Of a DNA stretch of 10,874 nt, positions 1-6,955 are shown piece by piece. Within the stretch, counting starts at the first letter, position 1. Every line of letters begins with the position of its first letter. This DNA is from a bacterium (GTDB taxonomy: Bacteria; Zhuqueibacterota; Zhuqueibacteria; Oceanimicrobiales; Oceanimicrobiaceae): assembly GCA_046757165.1 (NCBI GenBank), contig JBHHXT010000165.1, positions 1 through 10,874 of the forward strand, given 5' to 3'. The notes beneath the pieces are model-generated. The model did no database searches. It was not told where the DNA came from and saw only the letters and a program-made list of their open reading frames with translations. Position numbers and translations under genes: made by a program.

Positions 1-2
1 CA

Positions 3-119
3 TCGGCTCGACACACCTGGAAACAGAAATCGAAACGGTTTGACTTTCGAGAAGTAGATCAATACCTTTCCGGCAGAGACAAACAAAGTCATTTGACGAA
101 CTTCATCAGAACCAACTAA
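3..119 (+). CDS. Possible 3' end of an upstream gene truncated by the window edge (...SARHTWKQKSKRFDFREVDQYLSGRDKQSHLTNFIRTN*)
   Basis: Frame 3 is open from the window start to TAA at 117-119, 19 nt before the lhr GTG. The other two + frames stop earlier. No recognisable motif. Confidence 0.35.
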   Translation, partial: SARHTWKQKSKRFDFREVDQYLSGRDKQSHLTNFIRTN

Positions 120-138
120 AACGTGAAGGCCTGGCCAA

Positions 139-3100
139 GTGGCACATGTGCGCAAGAAGTTTGCTTTCCACCCGGCGGTAGAAAGCTGGTTCAACAGCCA
201 GTTTTCTGAACCCAGCCCGCCGCAAGAACAGGGCTGGCCGAAAATCGCAGCCGGAGAGCATACGCTTATTCTGGCCCCAACCGGGTCGGGTAAGACCCTG
301 GCTGCTTTTCTCTGGTGCATCGATGACATCTTCCGCTCTCAGGTACAGGCGAAAACAGGGTCGGCAAACGCTGCCGGACACCGGAAGCCAGGCCGGTTTG
401 CCGGCAACGGCGTTCACACGCTCTATATCTCCCCTCTGAAAGCACTCAACAATGACATCCACCGCAATCTGCAGGAGCCCTTGAAGGGCATCCGTCGCCA
501 GGCGCGCAAGCTGGGACTGGCGCCGCCGGAAATCCGCGCTCTGGTGCGCACGGGCGACACCCCGTCCCATGTACGGCAGTCGATGGTGAAAAAGCCACCC
601 CACATTTTGATCACGACTCCGGAATCGCTCTACCTGCTGCTGACCTCCGAACGCGGTCGAGAGATTTTTCGGGACCTGCAGTACCTGATCGTCGATGAAA
701 TTCACGCTATCGCGAACAGCAAGCGGGGCGTGCATCTCAGCTTGTCTTTGGAGAGACTCATGCCCTTGTGTCGCGCAGAACCGGTTCGCATCGGACTGTC
801 CGCGACCCAGCGGCCTTTGCAGCGCATTGCGGCTTTTCTGGGCGGACAGACCTTCCCCGAAAAATGTGGCAGCGCCCGGCCGAGACCGGTGACCCTGGTC
901 GACTGCGGCCGGCGCAAACCATGCGATCTCCAGGTTCTCTCCCCGGTCGAGGATTTTGGCGACTTGCCGGAAGCCACGGTCTGGCCGGCGGTGGTCGAGA
1001 AGCTCTACGATTTGATTTGTGCGCACCGCACCACCCTCATTTTCGTCAATATGCGCGCCCAAAGCGAGCGCGTCGCGCGACAGTTGAATGAGCTGCATGC
1101 GAAAGTCACGGGGCAGCAAGATGCTGAGATCGCCCTGGCGCACCACGGCAGCATCTCGCGCGAGGTGCGCTACGACATCGAGGCGCGCCTGAAGGATGGC
1201 GAGATTCCGGCCGTCATCGCCACAGCTTCCCTGGAGCTGGGCATCGACATCGGCAACATCGACCTGGTGGTGCAGCTTGCGGCGCCTCGCACTGTCTCCG
1301 GCGGCCTGCAACGCGTCGGGCGTAGCGGCCACCTGCTCAGTGCAACAAGCAAAGGTCGGATCCTGCCCCTGTTCCAGTCGGATCTGGACGACGCGGTGGG
1401 GATAGCACAACTGATGGTCGCCGGAGAGATCGAAGAAACAGTCATCCCGGAAAACTGCCTGGATGTGCTGGCGCAACAAATCGTGGCCGAGGTCGCGATG
1501 CGTGACTGGCCGCGGGAAGCGCTCTACCGCCAGGTGACGCAGAGCACCTGCTACCGCAATTTGAGCGTCGACGCCTTTGACCAGGTGGTGGAGATGGTAG
1601 CAGGACGATTTGCAGAGATGCCGTTCAGAGCGTTGCAGCCGCGCATTAGCTGGGATCGTGTCAACGACCGGCTCATTGCGTTGCCAGGCGCACGGCTGCT
1701 GGCCACGATGAACGGCGGCACGATTCCCGACCGCGGATATTACGCCGTCTATCTTAAGGAGAGCAACGTACGTCTGGGAGAAATGGAGGAGGAATTCGTG
1801 TTCGAGTCGCGCGTCGGGCATGTGTTTTTTCTCGGCAACAATGAATGGCGCATCGATGACATCAAACAGGACCGCATCGTGGTGTCGCCCGTGCGCACCG
1901 TCAAGCCGCGGGCGCCCTTCTGGAAAGGCGACTTACTCTACCGGGACTTTGAAACCAGCCAGAAAATCGGCGCGTTTCGACAAAGATTTCCGGGAGAATC
2001 AGAAACGGGTTCCGGTGTGTCTGAGCAGAGGCAAGCTCTGAGCTATTCCACCAAAGGAAGCCAAAGCCAGAAAAACGAGCTGGATTCCGTCTCTGATCTC
2101 GCCGATCCGGCCACGGTAAGCAACCTGATGAGTTACCTGAAACGCCAAGAGGAAGCAACCGGCGCGCTGCCCAGCAATCGGCTCGTGGTCGGCGAATGGT
2201 TTCGGGACAGCGCCGATGAACCGCATTTGATTCTCCACACCTGTTTTGGCGCACGCGTCAATGGCCTGTGGGCCATTGGCCTGTGCGCAGCGTTGGAGAA
2301 AAAGTTTGCCGCGCAGGTGCAATATACTTATGACGACGACGGTTTGCTCATCCGCGTTTTGGACACGACTGAGCCCCCGCCGGTTGAGACGCTTCTGAGT
2401 TTCACCACCACCGAGATGGAGGAGCTGCTGGTTGCAGCGTTGATCGATACGCCGGTCTTTGCGGTGCACTTCCGCTACAATGCGGCGCGCGCGCTCATTC
2501 TTCCCCGCTCGCGGCCCAACAAGCGCATTCCGCTCTGGCTGCAACGGCTGCGCGCCGCTGACCTGCTGCAGGTCGTGCGCCAGATTCCGGACTTTCCAAT
2601 TGTTGCCGAAACCCTGCGCGACTGTCTCCAGAATGTCTTCGACTGGCGGGGATTGCAAAAAGTGCTCGACGGCTTGCTCAGCGGTGAAATCCGCACGCAC
2701 TTCGTGCACACACGCGTCCCCTCGCCCATGGCCTCCGGCCTGATGTTCGACTTTCTTTCTGAAAACATCTATGAGACGGACCGGTCGCGGTTGCCGGGGC
2801 AGGTTGCCGCCGTCAGCAGTGAGCTGCTGGCGCAAATCCTGAACAAGGAGGCCATCCCGGCGATCGTTACCGCGGAGATTGTGCAGGCAGCCGAGGCACG
2901 CTGGCAGCACTTGACGCCGGAAACGCAGGCACGCACGGCCGAGGAACTGTTCGCTATCATCGAAAAGCTGGCCCCCGTTCAGGAGCAGGAGCTGGCCGGG
3001 AGAAGCAGACAGGACCCTGCGGATTGGCTACAGCAGCTCTTCACACAAAATCGAATCGTCGGAGGGCCGGAGGCCATCGTTCCCTGCGATGGTCTTGGGA

Positions 3101-4695
3101 CACCCACAGAAAAGGTCAGGCGTTTCCTGCGTGTCCGGGGTCCGCGCACTTTTGCTCAGATCAAGCAGAGGCTGCAATTGAGCGAGCAGCAGTTGCAGCC
3201 CATCCTTGCAACGCTGCACGCCGAGAAGGAAGTCGTCCGCGGCCGGCTCCTGCACGACGGCGAAGACGAATCCTGGTGCGACCGTCACAACTTCGCGCAG
3301 CTCTACCGCCAGGCGGTCGCGCAACGGCGGCAATTCACCCAGCCGGCCACCCGTACCCAGTGGCTCAGCTTCCAGTTGCTCTGGCACAAGACCAGCCTCC
3401 CCGGGCAATCGCTGCACGAACTGGTACGGCGCTACACAGCCTTTGCTTTCCCCGTCGCCATGTTCGAGCGCGAAATCTTGCGCAGCCGCTTCTGTGGCGA
3501 TCAGGTCGATTCACTCCCAAAGAGAATTGCTGAATTCGAAAACGGTGTCAGCAGCGGCGACTACATTGTGCGCGCTCACCGTGAATTCGCGGACAGCAGG
3601 ATTCGTTTGAGCCTCATGGTGCGCGGCGCTGGCAGCCTGTTCTGCGATAAAGCAGTCCTGGCTGCGGTCGCAAACGATCTGCGAGGTGAGCCCGCCACCG
3701 TCTATGCATTTCTAAGAGAGAACGGCGCCAGCTTCCTGCGCGACATCACCAGCGGCGCCCGGCTTTCTCCAGTGCAGGCACAGCAGGCATTGAGCCGTTT
3801 GGCGAAGTCGGGACTGGTAAGCAGCGAGTCCTATCCGGCGTTCTTGAAAATTCTGCAAGCAGACCCCACGCCGGGAGCTCAGCAAAGCGCTGCCGCATGG
3901 CTTCCGACTCCCCTGCCTGATTGGACGCACAGCAGACGTTCCGCTCGCAGTAGAAGGAACAGGCAGGAGATGGTGCGGGCCCGGGTCCACCACGGCGACA
4001 GCCGCTGGTTCCTGACCGCGTCTTTCGGTGTGCTCGGGAATGCGCTCACGCACAAAGAACGCGCCGAACGCCAGGCGCGTCTGCTGCTGCAGCGCTACGG
4101 CATTCTCGTAAAGGAATGGTACCGCCGCGAGCAAGGCTTGCTGCCGTGGTACGAGCTTTTTCAAGTTCTAAAGCGGCTGGAGTGGCAAGGCGAAATCCGC
4201 CGGGGCTATTTTATTTCTGGCCTTTCCGGTGTGCAATTTGCTTTGCCGCGGGCGGTGGAGCTGGTGGAGAGCATTCAAACGGGCCAGCAGAAAACCAGCA
4301 CCCAACCCGTGCTGCTTTGTACCCTCGACCCGGCTTTACCTCTTGGCGGCACGATTGCGTGGGACCTGCACGATATGCATGGTCACCGCGTGAATGTCAC
4401 GCGCGCACCGGCCAACCATTTTGTTTTTCAGCAGGCCCGCCCGGTTTTTTATAGTGAAAACTACGGTGCCCGGTTGTGGCGTCTGGCCAAGATTCCGCAG
4501 GAAACTTTGGATGCTTGCGTGAGTCTTCTCAAAACCTGGCTGAGATTGCCGACCGAACTGCGCCCCCGCAAACGTTTGGAGATTGCCCGGATAAATTGCC
4601 AGCCGGCAGCAGAATGCCAACTGGCAGAGGTGTTTGTGCGCAACGGGTTTGAACGGGAGGGGGAGAAATTGCTTTTGTGGCCGTCGGGAGTCTAG
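139..4695 (+). CDS. lhr: Lhr (large helicase-related) ATP-dependent SF2 DEAD/DEAH helicase, long form with C-terminal winged-helix/HTH_42-like region
   Basis: Q-motif region (FSEPSPPQEQGW), Walker A APTGSGKT, Ia LYISPLKALNND, RTGDT, ILITTPESL, motif II DEIH, III SAT, HHGS, V ATASLELGIDIG, VI QRVGRSGH. Lhr-specific GGTIPDRG, LGEMEEEFVFE and PFWKGD. C-terminal LLQRYG and GEIRRGYFISGLSGVQFA. Length of about 1500 aa matches long-form Lhr. GTG start not verified. Confidence 0.95.
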   Translation: MAHVRKKFAFHPAVESWFNSQFSEPSPPQEQGWPKIAAGEHTLILAPTGSGKTLAAFLWCIDDIFRSQVQAKTGSANAAGHRKPGRFAGNGVHTLYISPLKALNNDIHRNLQEPLKGIRRQARKLGLAPPEIRALVRTGDTPSHVRQSMVKKPPHILITTPESLYLLLTSERGREIFRDLQYLIVDEIHAIANSKRGVHLSLSLERLMPLCRAEPVRIGLSATQRPLQRIAAFLGGQTFPEKCGSARPRPVTLVDCGRRKPCDLQVLSPVEDFGDLPEATVWPAVVEKLYDLICAHRTTLIFVNMRAQSERVARQLNELHAKVTGQQDAEIALAHHGSISREVRYDIEARLKDGEIPAVIATASLELGIDIGNIDLVVQLAAPRTVSGGLQRVGRSGHLLSATSKGRILPLFQSDLDDAVGIAQLMVAGEIEETVIPENCLDVLAQQIVAEVAMRDWPREALYRQVTQSTCYRNLSVDAFDQVVEMVAGRFAEMPFRALQPRISWDRVNDRLIALPGARLLATMNGGTIPDRGYYAVYLKESNVRLGEMEEEFVFESRVGHVFFLGNNEWRIDDIKQDRIVVSPVRTVKPRAPFWKGDLLYRDFETSQKIGAFRQRFPGESETGSGVSEQRQALSYSTKGSQSQKNELDSVSDLADPATVSNLMSYLKRQEEATGALPSNRLVVGEWFRDSADEPHLILHTCFGARVNGLWAIGLCAALEKKFAAQVQYTYDDDGLLIRVLDTTEPPPVETLLSFTTTEMEELLVAALIDTPVFAVHFRYNAARALILPRSRPNKRIPLWLQRLRAADLLQVVRQIPDFPIVAETLRDCLQNVFDWRGLQKVLDGLLSGEIRTHFVHTRVPSPMASGLMFDFLSENIYETDRSRLPGQVAAVSSELLAQILNKEAIPAIVTAEIVQAAEARWQHLTPETQARTAEELFAIIEKLAPVQEQELAGRSRQDPADWLQQLFTQNRIVGGPEAIVPCDGLGTPTEKVRRFLRVRGPRTFAQIKQRLQLSEQQLQPILATLHAEKEVVRGRLLHDGEDESWCDRHNFAQLYRQAVAQRRQFTQPATRTQWLSFQLLWHKTSLPGQSLHELVRRYTAFAFPVAMFEREILRSRFCGDQVDSLPKRIAEFENGVSSGDYIVRAHREFADSRIRLSLMVRGAGSLFCDKAVLAAVANDLRGEPATVYAFLRENGASFLRDITSGARLSPVQAQQALSRLAKSGLVSSESYPAFLKILQADPTPGAQQSAAAWLPTPLPDWTHSRRSARSRRNRQEMVRARVHHGDSRWFLTASFGVLGNALTHKERAERQARLLLQRYGILVKEWYRREQGLLPWYELFQVLKRLEWQGEIRRGYFISGLSGVQFALPRAVELVESIQTGQQKTSTQPVLLCTLDPALPLGGTIAWDLHDMHGHRVNVTRAPANHFVFQQARPVFYSENYGARLWRLAKIPQETLDACVSLLKTWLRLPTELRPRKRLEIARINCQPAAECQLAEVFVRNGFEREGEKLLLWPSGV

Positions 4696-4753
4696 GCGCT
4701 TGAGAAAGAATAGCGACAATTTGGTGGCAAGAGTATTGGGGAAGCAGATTGGG

Positions 4754-4833
4754 TTCACACGAATCAAAAAACCACACGGGAAAATATCTTAACTTGATTT
4801 AAGAAATCCGTGTGGGTTTTTGATCCGCGTGGA
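4754..4833. repeat. Long imperfect inverted repeat between convergent genes; likely bidirectional terminator or palindromic repeat element
   Basis: Arm 4756-4779 CACACGAATCAAAAAACCACACGG pairs with 4808-4831 CCGTGTGGGTTTTTGATCCGCGTG at 21/24 Watson-Crick positions. An inner TCTTAA/TTAAGA stem is also present. Confidence 0.75.
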
Positions 4834-4868
4834 ATTATGTTGAAGCGCCTGTCAAGTCAGGTATTGGG

Positions 4869-5042
4869 TCAACCTCTATGAAATCGGTCACGTGTCCTGA
4901 TTTTGATAAGAACCGGTTTGGCCGCCGTCTTGTAGAACGAGGCCATCCGTTTTATGATGTCGAAGACCACATCAAAGATGATGTAGATGAATGGCACTGC
5001 AATCGTCAGAACAACCAGAACCCTGAGTATCTCGAATAGCAT
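4869..5042 (-). CDS. Small (about 57 aa) single-pass membrane protein, unknown function
   Basis: ORF 5054-4869. GGAG lies 6 nt before the ATG at 5042, the preferred start (MLFEILRVLVVLTIAVPFIYIIFDVVFDIIKR...). One hydrophobic helix is followed by a basic tail (positive-inside pattern). It sits in otherwise non-coding space and is followed by a hairpin. Confidence 0.65.
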   Translation of the reverse strand: MLFEILRVLVVLTIAVPFIYIIFDVVFDIIKRMASFYKTAAKPVLIKIRTRDRFHRG

Positions 5043-5220
5043 AATCATCTCCATTAATCAATTCGTTCCCTCTTCTACGGCAAATTCCGGCCAAAGTTAC
5101 CCGCCCCCCCCCGCAGAATTGAGCAGAACCGTCAGACCGAACATTCACAGCGCGCGGTCATCGGAATTCACCGAAACCACCGAACACCCAACCCTCCGCC
5201 TCAACCAAACAACTGTTTCA

Positions 5221-5302
5221 ACCACGGATTTTATACAGATTGCCACGGATTCGTCCCCAATAAGGAGCTTTCATAATCCATATCTTATCAGTGTAAATCC
5301 GC
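5221..5302. repeat. Degenerate palindromic repeat built from CACGGATT-like units
   Basis: CCACGGATT occurs at 5222 and 5243 with TACAGATT between. It is followed by complementary units AATCCATA, ATCAGTGT and AAATCCG at 5275-5301. Confidence 0.5.
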
Positions 5303-5328
5303 CGCCCAACATTCTGTGACAAATATCC

Positions 5329-5357
5329 TTGACTGCTCGGACTAACTTTCTTATCGT
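5329..5357 (+). promoter_or_regulatory. Putative sigma70 promoter for the PLP enzyme gene
   Basis: TTGACT (5329-5334), 17-nt spacer, TATCGT (5352-5357), about 105 nt upstream of ATG 5463. RBS GGGGAG at 5452-5457. Confidence 0.6.
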
Positions 5358-5417
5358 AGTATAGTTAAGTTACACCTAGACTTGCAATTATCAAAACAAC
5401 AACTTGCACAAATCTCC

Positions 5418-5449
5418 CAATAGAACAATAGAACAATGAAACAATAAAA
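5418..5449 (+). repeat. 8-bp tandem repeat x4 (CAATRRAA) in the 5' leader
   Basis: CAATAGAA CAATAGAA CAATGAAA CAATAAAA, ending 2 nt before the RBS. Confidence 0.85.
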
Positions 5450-5462
5450 CCGGGGAGTCATT

Positions 5463-6554
5463 ATGCATTTCACTGAACTCGACACACCGTCCCTGCTCGT
5501 CGACCTGGATCGGCTTGAAAGCAACCTCCTGCGCATGGCAGAGCTTGCGCACCACCACAACGTCAAGCTGCGGCCACACACCAAAACCCACAAATGCCCC
5601 GAGATTGCGAGGCTGCAGCTCGAGTACGGCGCGAGCGGCATCACCTGCGCCAAGCTTGGCGAGGCAGAGGTGATGGCAAAGGCCGGTCTGGATGACATCC
5701 TGATCGCCAACGAAATCATCGGCGTGCAGAAGGTTGAGCGGCTGTTGCAGCTGTCACGCAAAGCAAAAGTGAGTGTTGCCGTCGACAGCGAGTACGGCAC
5801 AAGAAGCTTGAATTCGGCGCTCGAGCAGGCAAACCAAACCCTGGAAGTGGTGATTGAAATCAATTCCGGGCAAGACCGCAGCGGCGTGCTGCCTGGCGAG
5901 GAAGCGGTAGCCCTGGCGAAAACCATTACACAGCTCGAGTGTCTCCAACTGCGCGGACTCATGACGCACGCCGGGCAGGCTTACCATGAAACTTCAGAAG
6001 CCGGTCTCAAAAAAGTCGGCCTCCACGAAGGCACGGTGATGGTCGAGACGGCTGAGCTTCTACGCCAAAACGGGATTGATGTCGAAGAAATCAGCGTGGG
6101 CTCCACACCGGCTGCGCCCTATTCCGCCAGCGTAGAAGGCGTGACTGAGATACGTCCGGGGACCTATGTTTTCGGAGATTTGACCCAGGTCGATCTGTTT
6201 TCATGTACGCTGAAGGATTGTGCCCTGACCGTCCTGGCCACCGTGACCAGCCGGCCGACCTCGACGCGGGCTATCGTGGATGCGGGCAGAAAAACGCTCA
6301 CTTCTGACCCGGCCAGCCATTCTCAGCGCTCAAAGGGGTTTGGCTTGATCCCTGCCAGGAATACCGTTATCAGCAGGCTATCGGAAGAGCACGGCGTCAT
6401 TGAATCCGAATCCGAATTTGAGATCGGCGAAAAAGTCCAAATCGTGCCCAATCATGCCTGCGTGGTGGTCAACATGTTTGACGAAATGGTCGGCGTCCGC
6501 AATGGCGAGGTGGAGAAGGTGTTCAAAATCGCCGCAAGGGGTAAGATTCGGTAG
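5463..6554 (+). CDS. Fold-type III PLP-dependent enzyme, DSD1 / D-threonine aldolase-like family (alanine racemase N-terminal barrel plus D-serine dehydratase-like domain)
   Basis: TPSLLVDLDRLESN start, RPHTKTHK with PLP lysine K41, GITCAKLGEAE, DRSGV, THAG, SVGSTP, EIRPGTYVF, DAGRKTL, LSEEHG and PNHAC. Good RBS. Confidence 0.92.
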   Translation: MHFTELDTPSLLVDLDRLESNLLRMAELAHHHNVKLRPHTKTHKCPEIARLQLEYGASGITCAKLGEAEVMAKAGLDDILIANEIIGVQKVERLLQLSRKAKVSVAVDSEYGTRSLNSALEQANQTLEVVIEINSGQDRSGVLPGEEAVALAKTITQLECLQLRGLMTHAGQAYHETSEAGLKKVGLHEGTVMVETAELLRQNGIDVEEISVGSTPAAPYSASVEGVTEIRPGTYVFGDLTQVDLFSCTLKDCALTVLATVTSRPTSTRAIVDAGRKTLTSDPASHSQRSKGFGLIPARNTVISRLSEEHGVIESESEFEIGEKVQIVPNHACVVVNMFDEMVGVRNGEVEKVFKIAARGKIR

Positions 6555-6575
6555 TTTTGCGGACAATTCAGATCC

Positions 6576-6600
6576 AACACGGTTTGCAACCGTGTTTTTT
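6576..6600 (+). terminator. Intrinsic terminator-like hairpin after the PLP enzyme gene (also one copy of a repeated hairpin)
   Basis: AACACGGTT-TGC-AACCGTGTT followed by TTTT, 21 nt after the stop codon. Confidence 0.7.
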
Positions 6601-6699
6601 GGTACCTGAAGAGTTATCTTCTGCCACTTTTTGGCAAGACTTTTTGCAGGCCAAGTTTTTTTCGAATTTGGAGTTTAGGAGACTGTGCTTGCAAGAAAT

Positions 6700-6763
6700 G
6701 GAGTAGTGGAGTTATGCAGTAGTGGATTTTCGGCCAGCCATTACTCCATCACTCCATTACTCC
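6700..6763. repeat. Inverted pair of 8-bp-periodic tandem repeats forming a 26-bp hairpin
   Basis: GGAGTAGTGGAGTTATGCAGTAGTGG (6700-6725), 12-nt loop, CCATTACTCCATCACTCCATTACTCC (6738-6763). 22 Watson-Crick pairs, 2 G-T pairs and 2 mismatches. Confidence 0.9.
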
Positions 6764-6768
6764 GAATT

Positions 6769-6830
6769 ATCGACAAAACTTTGTCGATGTAGGCGCCTTA
6801 AGCGCCTATAATTTCCGGCTTGTCCGGCTT
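6769..6830. repeat. Back-to-back palindromes and a short direct repeat
   Basis: ATCGACAAA-AC-TTTGTCGAT (6769-6788); TAGGCGC-CTTAA-GCGCCTA (6790-6808); TCCGGCTT twice (6814-6821 and 6823-6830). Confidence 0.8.
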
Positions 6831-6852
6831 AGGTAGGTACAAATCCGAGGGG

Positions 6853-6880
6853 AATACACAGTTGCAAACTGTGTAGGATC
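6853..6880 (-). terminator. Hairpin downstream of the TPR gene; inverted second copy of the 6571-6598 element
   Basis: TACACAGTT-GCA-AACTGTGTA at 6855-6875. The minus strand reads GATCCTACACAGTTTGCAACTGTGTATT. The U-tract is weak. Confidence 0.6.
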
Positions 6881-6955
6881 GCTACTTCTCTACCTTACGT
6901 TGCAGCTCGGCACTGTGTCGGAGCGCTACTTCTCTACTTTACCTTGCAGCTCGGC
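6868..6955. repeat. 44-bp tandem duplication covering the 3' end of the TPR gene
   Basis: 6868-6911 and 6912-6955 are identical at 40/44 positions. Differences at 6875/6919, 6879/6923, 6894/6938 and 6899/6943. Confidence 0.9.

Noticed and set aside
106..1821. 571-aa minus-strand ORF, plus 1999-2910 and other long ORFs overlapping lhr
   Set aside because: These are antisense or off-frame shadows of a GC-rich, codon-biased gene and have no recognisable motifs.
5070..5095. Sigma54-like TTGGCCGGAATTTGC on the minus strand, and TTGGCAAGACTTTTTGC at 6631-6647 on the plus strand
   Set aside because: GG-to-GC spacing is 9 and 11 nt respectively, not the required 10.
4987..5319. 110-aa + strand ORF
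   Set aside because: It overlaps the better-supported small membrane ORF, runs through the poly-C tract and repeat DNA, and has no RBS or motif.
6685..6792. 35-codon GTG ORF after AGGAG (VLARNGVVELCSSGFSASHYSITPLLRIIDKTLSM)
   Set aside because: The RBS spacing is too short and the peptide is just a translation of the palindromic repeats.
6555..6955. CRISPR array or attL/attR interpretation of the repeats; also GTTTTAGCTCT near 8468 resembling a Cas9 repeat start
   Set aside because: There is no repeat-spacer periodicity and no cas or integrase gene. The 44-bp copies are directly adjacent with no cargo between them, and the 8468 motif occurs once.
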